The notes under the pieces are model-generated. The model did no database searches and was not told the DNA's origin. It was given only the letters and a program-made list of their open reading frames with translations. A stretch of DNA of 64,000 bases from Verrucomicrobiia bacterium (GTDB lineage: Bacteria; Verrucomicrobiota; Verrucomicrobiia; Palsa-1439), in contig JBKQMH010000188.1 in assembly GCA_052146795.1 (NCBI GenBank), forward strand, positions 2,996 through 66,995, written 5' to 3'. Of this stretch, positions 19,438 through 30,139 are shown in pieces (position 1 is the first letter of the stretch; the number at the start of each line of letters is the position of its first letter). The translations under genes and the position numbers were made by a program.

Positions 19438-21390
19438 CTAGCCTTTGTAATGCTGGAAGGCACTGGCCAGCAGGATCAGTTCGGGATGCGCGGCCTGCAG
19501 TTTGGGCAGCACCAGCCGAATCTGGGAACGATAGACCGCCAATTTCTCGGCGAGCGGTTTCAGGTTGTCCACCTTGTCCCAGTGGAGCTTGTTCAGATCC
19601 AGCACCAGCCGGCTCTTGCTCCGCGCCAGTGAATCATGGATGCGCTGGCCCAACTTCTCGGCCTGGGCGCCCGACAGGGCGCCGCTCAATCGCAGCCAGA
19701 CCTGTTTCTTGGCGTGTTGCAGTTCAACTTGAATCGACAGGTCGGGGATCGCGATTTTATCCGGGATTTCTTCCCAGAGATGGAATTCGCTCCAGCGCTT
19801 CGCCGGCATACGGTACGCCGTCCGGATTAGCTTGGGATGCTGGAACAGGTTGAACTTCAATGTCACCCACGTCCACAGCGCCGCCCCGACCGCGAGCGGG
19901 GACTGGAGCCGTTGGGCCAGCGTGGGACGGCCGAGTTCGGCGCAAATCTGTCGTCGCAAATCACCAATCCAGCGCCGCACCGTGGCGTTGGGACCGAGCA
20001 ACCGGCCCGCGAGGAAGATCGGGAGCGCGACGCGCAAATCGGCGGCGTAATGCGCGGCCTTCCGTCGCAGGATCGGATTCGGTGAGTTCTTGAGCGTCTG
20101 GTAGCCGAGAAACCGCGATTCGAGGACGCGGAAGATGCTCGGACCGAGTCGTTGGAAATCCTCGTCGAAACACCACTGTTGCAGGCCCTCGATCTCGGCC
20201 GCGGAAAGCGTCGGATGCTTCATCGTGGTGGTAAACCCGTCCGCCTGGTGGTAGAGCCGGTCGGGATGCTCGACGTACTCTTCGAGCATGAGGTTGTCGC
20301 GCACGACCCGCGCATTGAACGGCGTGCTGGGCACGGGACCATAAATCAGGTATTGCCCCAGCGACGGCTTGAGTTTCATCAACCCGTCCAGTTCCTCGGC
20401 GATCACCTCGGGCGTCTGGTAATCAAACCCGAGGATCATTGAGCTCAGGATCGTGATGCCATGTGCGCGAAACTCGTTGAAAATGTCCTCCACGGGACGG
20501 CCCTGCTGTTTGGCATAGCCCGACCGCGTGCCTTCGTAGCCGATCCAGAACCCATCGATCCCCATTTCGAGGATCTCTTCGACGGTGTACTGGCTGAGGG
20601 CCTTGATGCTGGAAAAGGCGAAGATCGAGAGTTGCTTGCCGCTCTTGATCACGCAATCGCGGAACTCCATTGCCCGCTTCTTGTTGAGCAGAAAATCCTC
20701 GTCGATAATCAGGAACACGAGGCTCGGGTCCATGTCGTGATAGCGCTGGGTGACGTCGAAGATGTCCTTGCCCGTGGGCAGCAGCTTGATGTGCTTGCGC
20801 TTGAAGAAATGCGACGTGCAGCAGAAATCGCAGCCGTTGGGACAGCCCAAGCCGGCGAAAATCTTGCCCGTGCCCGACACTTTCCAGCCAAACACTTTCA
20901 GCCAGCTCACGATCAGCGGCTGCTTGTAGGGCATCGGGATTTGGGGTTCGCCCAGCAGCCGGCGCATATAGCCGACACCTTCCTCGCGGCAAATGAAGTC
21001 GGCATACGGCGTGAGTTCTTCATCGGTCAACACCGTGCCGTAACCGCCGAGGATGATCTTGGTATCGGGCGCGTGTTCGCGGATCAAGGCGACCATGTCT
21101 TTGACCTTGTGGAAGATTGCCATCAGAAAGGAAATGCCGACGTAGTCGTAGCCCTTCTTGAGTTCCTTGATCAACTCGCGCTTCGACGGGTATTGCAGCA
21201 CGACCGTTGGCGTGTCGAGGTTCTCCGCGATGTATTCGATGGAAAACTGGACGTTCACCGTGCGCGGGCTGAAAATGCCCTGGGCCCGGGTCACCTGGCG
21301 GTAGAGCAATTCATAACCCACCGATGTCGCGTCCCCGCATTGGGGCCCCATCGGCCGACACACAGTGGTCAGCAGAACTTTCTTGTTCAC
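19438..21390 (-). CDS. B12-binding radical SAM protein with C-terminal STAS-like domain
   Basis: GCPNGCDFC (CxxxCxxC); N-terminal cobalamin-binding segment (YVGISF..IILGGYG); C-terminal LRLSGALS...LVLDLNKL. Confidence 0.85.
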   Translation of the reverse strand: MNKKVLLTTVCRPMGPQCGDATSVGYELLYRQVTRAQGIFSPRTVNVQFSIEYIAENLDTPTVVLQYPSKRELIKELKKGYDYVGISFLMAIFHKVKDMVALIREHAPDTKIILGGYGTVLTDEELTPYADFICREEGVGYMRRLLGEPQIPMPYKQPLIVSWLKVFGWKVSGTGKIFAGLGCPNGCDFCCTSHFFKRKHIKLLPTGKDIFDVTQRYHDMDPSLVFLIIDEDFLLNKKRAMEFRDCVIKSGKQLSIFAFSSIKALSQYTVEEILEMGIDGFWIGYEGTRSGYAKQQGRPVEDIFNEFRAHGITILSSMILGFDYQTPEVIAEELDGLMKLKPSLGQYLIYGPVPSTPFNARVVRDNLMLEEYVEHPDRLYHQADGFTTTMKHPTLSAAEIEGLQQWCFDEDFQRLGPSIFRVLESRFLGYQTLKNSPNPILRRKAAHYAADLRVALPIFLAGRLLGPNATVRRWIGDLRRQICAELGRPTLAQRLQSPLAVGAALWTWVTLKFNLFQHPKLIRTAYRMPAKRWSEFHLWEEIPDKIAIPDLSIQVELQHAKKQVWLRLSGALSGAQAEKLGQRIHDSLARSKSRLVLDLNKLHWDKVDNLKPLAEKLAVYRSQIRLVLPKLQAAHPELILLASAFQHYKG

Positions 21391-21425
21391 GGCTTTCGTT
21401 TACTCCTTCCCAAGATACGCTACGG

Positions 21426-21460
21426 CACGGACAAACCGTATGCCATAGGGCAAAACCCTA
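21426..21460. promoter_or_regulatory. Tandem inverted-repeat operator candidates
   Basis: CACGG-ACAAA-CCGTA and TAGGG-CAAAA-CCCTA, 20 bp apart, upstream of the radical SAM gene. Confidence 0.5.
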
Positions 21461-21668
21461 CCATGGCCCGGCCCCCTTGGCGGCTCAAAGGAGGCGTGTT
21501 CGGAGGGCAGTACCACTCATGGAAAACAGGCGCAAACCTGTATTTCCCCCATGACGCACGCCGCGACGATCGCGGTCAAGCAGAGGTAATCTATCTCCTT
21601 GTGAGAATATTCACAAGACGATTCTGAGCGTTCGCCGTCGCCCGCCAGCGCGTGGAATTGTCTCGTTG

Positions 21669-22433
21669 TCACGGCTGGAACGTCACGTACTGCGTCACGC
21701 CGTCGACAAACTGCGGCAGGTAATAAATCCCGTTGAATTGGTATGCCATGCCGCCGTTGTACGATACCTCGACCGCCCCGGGCGGCAGTTCGGGGACCGT
21801 CACGCCGATCGGGGTTGGGGCAACAACGTATCCGTCTCCCTGTTGCACATAAAAGGCGCCGCCGGCGTAATAGTAGGCGATATTCCCCGCGTCGATTTCA
21901 ATGGCCCCATCGGGCAGGTCCTGGACATCCGCGCCGACGGGCGCGTAAACCTCCTGATAGTCATCGCCCGCCTGTTGGTAAAAGATCCCGTCATCGTAGA
22001 AGTAGGGCGCTCCACCCACGTAGATCTGCAAGTATCCCGGCCGCAGGCCGTGTATCCGCGAGCCAAAACGAAAGCCGTGCCAGAACCGTTGGCGACCGAT
22101 GTCCGCCTCCACGTCGTGATGCGTGATGACATGCTGGTGTTGATCGATACCACCGCGCGGCGCTTCGACACTGCGCGGCACCACGGCAGCAGGTCGCTGA
22201 ACGACATGCGTGTCCACGTGGCGGATGCTTCCATGATTGGTGCGCTGCACGACTGCGGGCTGGCGTTGCACCGCCGGCCGAGGAGTTTCACGTGGAGGTT
22301 CCGATACTCGCGGAGCCGGGGCGCCCCGTGGTTCCTGCCGTTGAGCATAACTCGGTGTCACGGCGGCCAATAGCGCCAGAAGGCCGATCCCGGTTACCTT
22401 ACGCAAGGCAGTTGTCGCAAGGTTCATGGTCAT
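21669..22433 (-). CDS. Secreted DUF6515-like protein
   Basis: Signal peptide; repeated LPxGA..YYY.GG.FY...YVVAP.PIG motifs. Confidence 0.75.
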   Translation of the reverse strand: MTMNLATTALRKVTGIGLLALLAAVTPSYAQRQEPRGAPAPRVSEPPRETPRPAVQRQPAVVQRTNHGSIRHVDTHVVQRPAAVVPRSVEAPRGGIDQHQHVITHHDVEADIGRQRFWHGFRFGSRIHGLRPGYLQIYVGGAPYFYDDGIFYQQAGDDYQEVYAPVGADVQDLPDGAIEIDAGNIAYYYAGGAFYVQQGDGYVVAPTPIGVTVPELPPGAVEVSYNGGMAYQFNGIYYLPQFVDGVTQYVTFQP

Positions 22434-23263
22434 TTGCCCCCGCCTTTCTGCGTCTGGTTCTCGGCTTTAAACTCCGCCACGCTGATTTTCGCGGCTCCCG
22501 ACGGTGGCTCGAAGTTGAACAGGAAGTCCGGTAGTTTCGTTTCGAAATCCCAGTTGGAGAAAATTGCGGTGTACTGCGGGGCTCCGTCTTCGTCCTCGTA
22601 CGTAATGACGATCTTTCGCGGCACCGGCTTGGCGCCGGCTTCGATCCAAATCTGCCAATCCACCATCCCTAGCGAAAAGGCCAGGTGCTCGCACGGAACG
22701 CCGAGGACCGTTACCGGTCCAAGGTCTGTTCCGGAAACGGCCTTGTGAATTGCGTTCTGGTAGGGGTCGCTGACGATCAGGTCCTCCAGTGGCATCGTGA
22801 TGCCGAAGCGCTCACAGGCCACGTCCAACGCCTCATCGAGCGCGCCGGGCGCGGGAATACTGCCGTAGAAATTCTCGACGCGGTTGAGCAGGGTGATCGT
22901 TTTGCCGTCGTAATACAGCCCGCGATTACGGCGTGTGGAACGCACCTCCGCGTGAAAACGATTGGGGCGGCGTACCTGCAAGTCAACAGTCCGGCCGGCC
23001 TGGACCCATTGTCCCGAGGCCAGTTGCACGTCTTGCCAGATTTCGGCGTTGACCGAGAAAAACTGTGCTTGCGCCAGGTAATCACCCATGCGCCGCAGGA
23101 GTTCATCCGCATGCGCATCAATCGCCGGTTTCGCATCCGCTGCCGCCGGCTTCACGTCCGTCGCCGGCGCTGACGTAACCGCGAGGCCGAGCAGAGCGGC
23201 AGCGGTCAAAACCCGCCGCCCCCATGCGGTAGCGAGGCTACTAATTCGGCTGTGCTCCTTCAT
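22430..23263 (-). CDS. DUF2092 family periplasmic protein
   Basis: Signal peptide; VRRPNR, YDGKT, CEHLAF, DWQIWI..G..PVPRK; AAGGGGG RBS before ATG 23263. Confidence 0.85.
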   Translation of the reverse strand: MKEHSRISSLATAWGRRVLTAAALLGLAVTSAPATDVKPAAADAKPAIDAHADELLRRMGDYLAQAQFFSVNAEIWQDVQLASGQWVQAGRTVDLQVRRPNRFHAEVRSTRRNRGLYYDGKTITLLNRVENFYGSIPAPGALDEALDVACERFGITMPLEDLIVSDPYQNAIHKAVSGTDLGPVTVLGVPCEHLAFSLGMVDWQIWIEAGAKPVPRKIVITYEDEDGAPQYTAIFSNWDFETKLPDFLFNFEPPSGAAKISVAEFKAENQTQKGGGK

Positions 23264-23516
23264 GAAGTCCCCCTTTGCTGATGAACGAGAATTTGCCAGA
23301 ACCAATCCACAGTTTACCGGACCACGATTGCCGAGTCCAGTCCGCCTTTGACCAGTAATTGTATCACCATTTACAGGGCTGGCAAACCGATTCTGAGCCT
23401 TTGCCTTCTCTCCAAGGTCGGATTCCATGCCACCGGGAGAATCATCGTGGCCCGACCGCATTCTTTTCGCTTCGCCGCGCAAACTTGGCGCGGTCTTTGC
23501 TCTTGGCAAAAATGGA

Positions 23517-23768
23517 ATGAAAACAGCCAGGTGCAGCCAGCCCACCCAGTTGAGTCTGGCCTTGCGCGCGCTGAAAGAAGCCATCCTCAAGGGTGCCACT
23601 TGGCAGTACGAGAAGTTGGTCACACTGGCCATAAATGCTGGGGCAACCGACGAGCAGATCGATCTGGTGGCGCACGAAGCCATTGAGGCGCTGTTCGCTC
23701 GAGCCGAACGACCGATTACCCCGCGGAGCCTCACCCAAATGATCGGCCTGAATCACTTTCGTCGCTAA
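23517..23768 (+). CDS. Small hypothetical protein (AhpD/CMD-like helical fragment)
   Basis: AINAGATDEQI resembles the CMD motif; start inferred. Confidence 0.5.
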   Translation: MKTARCSQPTQLSLALRALKEAILKGATWQYEKLVTLAINAGATDEQIDLVAHEAIEALFARAERPITPRSLTQMIGLNHFRR

Positions 23769-23850
23769 GCTTGTCCATTTTTGAGCGGACCTCCGCCTGA
23801 AAACCTCATATTTGTGCCGTTTTCTGCGTTTTCGTCTCCCCGAATGGTAC

Positions 23851-23879
23851 TTGACGCGGTAGGAACCGCGTGGTAGCGT
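23851..23879 (+). promoter_or_regulatory. sigma70-type promoter
   Basis: TTGACG-17-TAGCGT upstream of the PPIase gene. Confidence 0.5.
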
Positions 23880-23927
23880 CGCCCGCACTTTGCTCGAAAG
23901 ACAATCACATCACCCAAGAAGGAACTC

Positions 23928-25034
23928 ATGAAGATTCGTGTCGTTCTCACCGTTTTCGCCGTTGCCGCAACGTATGCGGGTCCGGCATTTTCTGCCGACT
24001 CGACGGCAGCGCCTGCTGCTTCCACCAATAAATCCGCCTCGATTGCGGCCTCTGCCGCCGCAGGCGACGAAGTCGTGGCACGGGTGAACGGGGTGACCAT
24101 TACCCGCAAGGAGTTCGACGCCGAGGTTCAGGGATATAGCGACCAGATGGCGCGTCAGGGCCGTCGCATTCCCCCCGGACAAACTGCGGCGCTCCAGCAA
24201 ACGGTGTTGGAGCGGATGATTGGTCGCCAACTCATCCTCCAGCAGGGCCTCAAGAACATCCCCGCGGACGTCGACAAAAAGGTCCAGGAACAAATCGACC
24301 AGGCGAAAGCGAGCAAGGGTGGCGACGCTGAGTTCATGAAGGCGCTCGCCGACAACGGCGTGACTCTCGAACTGTTTACCCGCGACATTCGCGACGGGAT
24401 CATCATCCGCGAGACGATTCAGTCCGTCGTTGACAAACAGGTCAAGATTTCGCCGGAGGACGCCCGGGCATTCTACGAGGGCAATCCCGACCAATTCAAG
24501 CAGCCCGAACTCGTTCGCGCCAGTCACATCCTGATCCGGTGCTCGCCGGATGCGCCCGACGAGGTGAAGAAGGAAAAACGGGCGCAGATCGACGCGGCGC
24601 TCTCGCTGGTCAAGGGCGGCTCAAAATTCGCCGACGTGGCCAAGAAGGTTTCCGAAGATCCTGGCAGCGCCGAGAACGGTGGCGACCTCGGGTACTTCCC
24701 GCGCGGTCGCATGGTGCCGGAGTTTGACACCGTCGCGTTTTCATTGAAGACGAACGAAATCAGCGGCGTCATCACCACCCAGTTTGGCTACCATATCCTG
24801 CAGGTCACGGGCCGGAAACCGGCGCAAGTTATGCCGTTTGATGAGGTCAAGGATAAACTCGCCGATTATCTCAAGCAACGCAAGACCAGCGAGGTCACCC
24901 GCACGTATGTGGCTGACCTGCGCAAGTCGGCCAAGGTCGAGGTGCTCTTGCCCGCGCTCGCTCCGTCTCCGTCGGCCGTGACCGACCCGACCGTCCAGAC
25001 GGCCCCCGTTCAGGCGCCGAGCCCGAGCAAGTAA
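23928..25034 (+). CDS. Parvulin-type peptidylprolyl isomerase (SurA/PrsA-like)
   Basis: Signal peptide, VVARVNG, VRASHILI, SEDPGSAENGGDLG, TQFGYHI. Confidence 0.92.
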   Translation: MKIRVVLTVFAVAATYAGPAFSADSTAAPAASTNKSASIAASAAAGDEVVARVNGVTITRKEFDAEVQGYSDQMARQGRRIPPGQTAALQQTVLERMIGRQLILQQGLKNIPADVDKKVQEQIDQAKASKGGDAEFMKALADNGVTLELFTRDIRDGIIIRETIQSVVDKQVKISPEDARAFYEGNPDQFKQPELVRASHILIRCSPDAPDEVKKEKRAQIDAALSLVKGGSKFADVAKKVSEDPGSAENGGDLGYFPRGRMVPEFDTVAFSLKTNEISGVITTQFGYHILQVTGRKPAQVMPFDEVKDKLADYLKQRKTSEVTRTYVADLRKSAKVEVLLPALAPSPSAVTDPTVQTAPVQAPSPSK

Positions 25035-25117
25035 CACGGGTTGGCTGGCCCGGATTTGTCGCGTCGTCGTGTCATTGACGCGGCCTGCGGAAGTTTCATA
25101 GACTTGCCGCGGCGCTC

Positions 25118-26398
25118 ATGTTGACCATCACGCTGATTCTGGAACTGCTCGCGCTGGGAGGGCTGCTGGTTCTGTCGGCCTTTTTCTCGGGGACGGAAAT
25201 CGCACTGTTCTCGTTGAGCAAGCTGCAGCTCCGCCGTCTTCGGCAGGAACACCCGACCCGGGGCCAGATCATCAGCGAGCTGCTCGACCAACCCCACCGG
25301 CTCCTGTCGACCATTCTCTTCGGCAACACCGCCGTCAACGTCACCGCCGCCATCCTCGGCTACACGATTCTGCAGACGCTCATTCCGCAGCGGGCGGAAA
25401 CGTTCGCGGTGCCCGTGATGACGGTCCTCATTCTGTTGTGCGGCGAGGTCGTGCCGAAGACACTGGTGATTCGCAGCGCCGAATTCTTTGCGATGCACCT
25501 CGCCCGGCCCATCCAATGGACGGTCGCCTCCACGTCCCAATTGCGCCGCGCCGCCGAGGCGTTGTCGGCGGTGGTCGTGCGGGGCTTCGACCAGTTGCCG
25601 TACTTCGCCGACCAGAAAGTACGGTCGGCGGCCCCGACCGAAGACGAATACCGCACGTTGCTCACCGTCAGCGAGCGGGCCGGCGTGGTCCGCAAAGAGG
25701 AGCGCTACATGGTCAACCAGATCCTCGCGCTGGAAAAAATGCAGGTCAAGGAGGTCATGACCCCGCGCGTGGACATGCAGTGCGTGGACGACTCGTTGAG
25801 CCCGCCGGAGATGGTCGAGGTGTTGCGGCGCATCAAGCACCGCCGCGTGCCCATCATCCACGACTCACCGGACACCGTCGAAGGCATTCTCAAGGTCAAA
25901 GATTTCCTCGTCAACCCCGCCCGCGACCTCGATGAGGTTGTGGAATTGCCGAATTTCGTTCCCGAGACGATGTCCGTGGCCAGGTTGTTGAAGAGCTTTC
26001 GCAAACAGGAGCATCCCGTCGCCATCGTGGTCGACGAATACGGCGGGACCCAGGGGATGGTCACGCTCGAAGATATCCTCGAGGAGATCGTGGGCGAAAT
26101 CGAAGACGAGTTCGACAAGAGCGAGATCATGGTGCAGAAACTCGACGAGCGCCGGTACCTCATCAACGGCAAAGCGCGGCTGGAACTCGTCAACGAGCAG
26201 TGCGGTCTCACGCTGCACGCGCCGGACGTCGAAACCATCGCGGGATGGGTGATTGCCCAGCTCGGCGCGCTCCCCAAGGAGGGCGAACAGGTGTGCGTCG
26301 GTAACATCGGCGCCACGGCACGCAAGGTCGTAAAGAATCGCGTTGGCGAGGTCTTGTTGGAAGTTGGTCCGGAAGCGTTCGCCGAGGGAGAGAACTGA
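25118..26398 (+). CDS. CNNM/HlyC-CorC family transporter (DUF21+CBS+CorC_HlyC)
   Basis: SAFFSGTEIA, GEVVPK, VMTPR, VVDEYGGTQG.VTLEDILEEIVGEI. Confidence 0.92.
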   Translation: MLTITLILELLALGGLLVLSAFFSGTEIALFSLSKLQLRRLRQEHPTRGQIISELLDQPHRLLSTILFGNTAVNVTAAILGYTILQTLIPQRAETFAVPVMTVLILLCGEVVPKTLVIRSAEFFAMHLARPIQWTVASTSQLRRAAEALSAVVVRGFDQLPYFADQKVRSAAPTEDEYRTLLTVSERAGVVRKEERYMVNQILALEKMQVKEVMTPRVDMQCVDDSLSPPEMVEVLRRIKHRRVPIIHDSPDTVEGILKVKDFLVNPARDLDEVVELPNFVPETMSVARLLKSFRKQEHPVAIVVDEYGGTQGMVTLEDILEEIVGEIEDEFDKSEIMVQKLDERRYLINGKARLELVNEQCGLTLHAPDVETIAGWVIAQLGALPKEGEQVCVGNIGATARKVVKNRVGEVLLEVGPEAFAEGEN

Positions 26399-26399
26399 C

Positions 26400-27383
26400 G
26401 TGGACGCCTTCCATTATCTTCTCATTATCCTGATCGGCGTGTTGGCGTCGGCCTTCTTCGCGGGGGCGGAGACCGGCCTGATTTCGCTGAACCGCGTCCG
26501 CCTGCGCCATGAGGTGGAACGCAAGAACCGCCGCGCAATCATTTTGAACGGGTTCGTCGAGAACTCGGAGCGGCTGCTGGGCACGACGCTGTTCGGCACG
26601 AACCTCGCCAACGTGCTGGTGGGCGTGTACGCGTCCGCGCTCGCGACACTCGTGTTTCACACCGATAATTTCTGGGTCGAGTTTGGCGCGGCATTTGTTG
26701 GCTCGGGATTGTTGCTGGTGTTTGGCGAAATCGTTCCCAAGTCGCTGTTCCGCCATTACGCGCACCGGCTGTGCATGACCATCGCCGACGCGCTGAACGC
26801 GATGGCTTGGTTGTGCGCCCCGGTGGTGTTGTTCGTGGGGTTTGTCATGCGGATGTTCGTACGCCTGAGCGGCGACGCGGAGGCGCCGAAGAGTTTCTTC
26901 GTCACCCGCGAGGAACTCAAGCATCTGGCAAAGGAGGGCGAAGCCGGCGGGGCGCTCACCGCCGAGGAACGCGAGATGATTGATGGCGTGTTCGATTTCC
27001 CCTACAAAACGGTCTACGACGTCATGTTGCCGATGTCGCGCGTGGTTGCGGTCACGCGCGATATCCTCGTGGCGGAACTCTTCGTGTTGTCGCAGCGGAC
27101 CGGCTTCGCCCGCTTTCCCGTGCAAGAGGGCGAGAAGATCGTCGGGGTCGTCAACGTATACGAAATCCTGTTTGAAAACACCGGTCGCGCCGGCACGACA
27201 GCGGGACAACTCATGCAGAAACCGCAGTTCGTGGCGTCGACGGAACGCATCAACCGCGTGCTGCCGGTCCTGCGCGCGGGCCGTCATCCCATCAGCATTG
27301 TCGTCAGCCCCGAAGGCAAGCACGTCGGCATCCTGACCATCGAGGACATCGTCGAGGAAATCGTCGGCGACGTGGAAGGGTAA
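26400..27383 (+). CDS. CNNM family protein (DUF21+CBS, no C-terminal CorC domain)
   Basis: [28 protein letters not shown] followed by a stop. Confidence 0.9.
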   Translation: MDAFHYLLIILIGVLASAFFAGAETGLISLNRVRLRHEVERKNRRAIILNGFVENSERLLGTTLFGTNLANVLVGVYASALATLVFHTDNFWVEFGAAFVGSGLLLVFGEIVPKSLFRHYAHRLCMTIADALNAMAWLCAPVVLFVGFVMRMFVRLSGDAEAPKSFFVTREELKHLAKEGEAGGALTAEEREMIDGVFDFPYKTVYDVMLPMSRVVAVTRDILVAELFVLSQRTGFARFPVQEGEKIVGVVNVYEILFENTGRAGTTAGQLMQKPQFVASTERINRVLPVLRAGRHPISIVVSPEGKHVGILTIEDIVEEIVGDVEG

Positions 27384-27442
27384 CGTTTGTGGTGAGGTTC
27401 CGACTGGATTCTGAGGTTTTGCTGTCGTATTGTTGCCGTCCC

Positions 27443-28222
27443 ATGCTTGCCAAACGCATCATACCGTGTCTGGACGTGGACCGCGGGCGCGTGGTGAAGG
27501 GAACGAAGTTCCTGAACCTGCGCGACGCGGGCGATCCCGTCGAGTGCGCGAAGGAATACGACCGTCAGGGCGCGGATGAGCTGGTGTTCCTTGATATCAC
27601 GGCCAGTTCCGACAACCGCGCGACAATGATCGACGTGGTGGAGCGGACGGCGAACGAATGTTTCATGCCGTTGACGGTCGGCGGCGGCATTCGGACGGTG
27701 GACGATATTCGCGCGATGCTCAAGGCGGGCGCGGATAAGACGAGCTTGAACACGGCGGCGGTGCAGAAGCCCGACGTGGTGCGCGCGGGCGCGGAGCGGT
27801 TCGGGTCGCAATGTATCGTGGTAGCGATCGACGCGAAGCGGAGCGTGGGACGCGGCGCGGGAAGCCATGGGCCGCGTTGGGAGGTGTACACGCACGGCGG
27901 CCGCAACCCGGCGGGCATCGACGCGGTCAAATGGGCGCGTCAAGTGGAGGCGCTCGGGGCCGGCGAAATCCTGTTGACCAGCATGGATGCCGATGGGACA
28001 AAGACAGGCTACGATGTGGAGTTGACGCGGGCGATCAGCGAGGCGGTGCACATTCCCGTCATCGCCAGCGGCGGCGCCGGCAACCTCAAGCATATGGCCG
28101 AAGTGTTGACTGACGGGAAGGCCGATGCGGTGTTGGCGGCGTCGATTTTCCATTTTGGCGAATACAAGGTGGCCGACGTGAAGAAGTTTTTGAGAGAGAA
28201 AGGCATTTGCGTGCGATTATGA
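27443..28222 (+). CDS. hisF: Imidazole glycerol phosphate synthase cyclase subunit
   Basis: [40 protein letters not shown]. Confidence 0.97.
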   Translation: MLAKRIIPCLDVDRGRVVKGTKFLNLRDAGDPVECAKEYDRQGADELVFLDITASSDNRATMIDVVERTANECFMPLTVGGGIRTVDDIRAMLKAGADKTSLNTAAVQKPDVVRAGAERFGSQCIVVAIDAKRSVGRGAGSHGPRWEVYTHGGRNPAGIDAVKWARQVEALGAGEILLTSMDADGTKTGYDVELTRAISEAVHIPVIASGGAGNLKHMAEVLTDGKADAVLAASIFHFGEYKVADVKKFLREKGICVRL

Positions 28223-28602
28223 GCATACTCGATGAACTGAAATATGATGCGAACGGGTTGATCCCCGCCATTGTCCAGGAACAATCCTCGGGCCGCGTGT
28301 TGATGGTGGCGTGGATGAACAAGGAGTCGCTGAAACGAACGCTGGACATCGGGGAGACGGTGTTTTGGAGCCGGTCGCGCAAGGAATACTGGCACAAGGG
28401 TGCGACGAGCGGACACACGCAGAAGGTGAAGGACGTGGCGTTCGATTGCGACAAGGATGCGCTGCTGATCCAGGTCGAACAGAGCGGCGCGGCCTGTCAC
28501 GAAGGCTACCAATCGTGCTTTTTCCGCAGCATCGTCAAGGGCGAAGTCAAGGTGACCGAGCCGCGACTGGTGGATCCGGAAAAAGTTTACGGCAAGAAGT
28601 AG
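28219..28602 (+). CDS. hisI: Phosphoribosyl-AMP cyclohydrolase
   Basis: [36 protein letters not shown]. Confidence 0.95.
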   Translation: MSILDELKYDANGLIPAIVQEQSSGRVLMVAWMNKESLKRTLDIGETVFWSRSRKEYWHKGATSGHTQKVKDVAFDCDKDALLIQVEQSGAACHEGYQSCFFRSIVKGEVKVTEPRLVDPEKVYGKK

Positions 28603-28607
28603 GGACG

Positions 28608-30044
28608 ATGTTCACGCCGACGAAAACCGAGTTTTTGGAATTGGCCAAGCACGGCAACCTGATACCCGTGTATCGGGAGATCATCGCCGATGCGGAGACG
28701 CCGGTCTCGGCCTACCAGAAGATGGCCAAGAGCGGCGGTTCGTTCCTGTTCGAATCGGTCGAGGGCGGCGAGCACATCGGCCGGTATTCATTCATCGGGT
28801 CGCATCCGCGCAAGATGATTCGGGTCGATAAGGCGGACCACAGCGACCCGCTGCAGGCGGTCGAAAAGGAGATGGCGCAGTACACGCCGGTGGCGGTACC
28901 CGGCCTGCCACGATTTACCGGCGGAGCGGTCGGGTTTCTCGGGTACGAATACATTCATCAGATTGAGCCGAGCGTTCCCAAACCCGAACACGACGATCTG
29001 CACACGCCCGTGCTGTGTTTCATGATCACGGACACGATCCTGATCTTCGATCGCGTCAGCCAGACCCTCAAAGTCGTGGCGAACGCGCACATCGACGGCA
29101 AACCAGATATCGCCTACGGAGCCGCCTGTGCGCGCATCGACGAGATCATCCGCGAATTGCAGGAACCGCTGGCCGCGCATGCGGTGGAATTTCGCAAGGA
29201 AGCCCCCGAGGTCCACGTCGATTCGAATATGACGCCGGAACGCCACGCGGAGATGGTCACCGCGGCCAAGGAATACATCCGGGCCGGCGATATCATTCAG
29301 GTCGTGCTGGCGCAGCGGTTCCGGACGAAGACGCATCGGGCGGCATTGGATATCTATCGCGCGTTGCGTTCCGTGAACCCGTCGCCGTACATGTTCCTGC
29401 TGGATTTCGGCGGGTTTCAACTCGTGGGGGCGTCGCCCGAGGTGCACGTGCGTTGCGAAGAGGGGAGGGTCGAGATTCGGCCGATTGCCGGGACGCGATG
29501 GAGGGGCAAGACGCCCGAGGAAGATGTCCGACTCGAAAAGGAGTTGTTGGCCGACGAAAAAGAGCGGGCCGAACACCTGATGCTCGTAGACCTCGCGCGC
29601 AACGACATCGGACGCGTGTGCGACTTCGGCAGCGTGCGCGTGCCGGAATTCATGGTGATCGAGAAGTACTCGCACGTGATGCACATCGTCAGCGGCGTCG
29701 AGGGCACGTTGCAGCAGGGGCGGTCGGCGTACGATCTCATGCGCGCGACGTTCCCGGCGGGGACGGTGAGCGGCGCGCCGAAGATTCGGGCGATGCAGGT
29801 CATCAGCGAATTGGAGCAAAGCCAGCGCGGGCCGTATGCCGGGGCGGTGGGTTATTTTAGCTTCAATGGAAACGTCGATAGCTGCATCACGTTGCGCACG
29901 GCGTTGTTGAAAGATGGGTTCGCCTACGTCCAGGCCGGCGGCGGCATCGTGGCCGATAGCGATCCTCAGTACGAGTTTCAAGAGACCGTCAACAAGGCGA
30001 AGGCGATGCTCAAAGCCATCGCGTTGGCGGAGACGTTTCGGTAA
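28608..30044 (+). CDS. trpE: Anthranilate synthase component I
   Basis: LFESVEGG, NPSPYM, PIAGTR, EHLMLVDLARND, FPAGTVSGAPK. Confidence 0.95.
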   Translation: MFTPTKTEFLELAKHGNLIPVYREIIADAETPVSAYQKMAKSGGSFLFESVEGGEHIGRYSFIGSHPRKMIRVDKADHSDPLQAVEKEMAQYTPVAVPGLPRFTGGAVGFLGYEYIHQIEPSVPKPEHDDLHTPVLCFMITDTILIFDRVSQTLKVVANAHIDGKPDIAYGAACARIDEIIRELQEPLAAHAVEFRKEAPEVHVDSNMTPERHAEMVTAAKEYIRAGDIIQVVLAQRFRTKTHRAALDIYRALRSVNPSPYMFLLDFGGFQLVGASPEVHVRCEEGRVEIRPIAGTRWRGKTPEEDVRLEKELLADEKERAEHLMLVDLARNDIGRVCDFGSVRVPEFMVIEKYSHVMHIVSGVEGTLQQGRSAYDLMRATFPAGTVSGAPKIRAMQVISELEQSQRGPYAGAVGYFSFNGNVDSCITLRTALLKDGFAYVQAGGGIVADSDPQYEFQETVNKAKAMLKAIALAETFR

Positions 30045-30101
30045 GCGTGGCGGCTGTATTTCAATCATGAAGCCCTGATTCAATCGGCTAAAAGAAAGTT
30101 G

Positions 30102-30135
30102 TTGACATACTGTATATATCGTATATATACAGTAT
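30102..30135 (+). promoter_or_regulatory. Promoter with perfect 13-3-13 inverted-repeat operator (YtrA-type)
   Basis: TTGACA at 30102-30107; ATACTGTATATAT-CGT-ATATATACAGTAT at 30107-30135, just before the ATG at 30140. Confidence 0.85.
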
Positions 30136-30139
30136 ATAC

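Noticed and set aside
21410-21470. c-di-GMP-I riboswitch (GGCAAA-like hairpins)
   Set aside because: The resemblance is on the strand opposite the gene and lacks the second conserved stem; better explained as DNA inverted repeats.
25118-27383. Tandem CNNM genes as a novelty
   Set aside because: Paired HlyC/CorC genes are a familiar arrangement in PVC bacteria.
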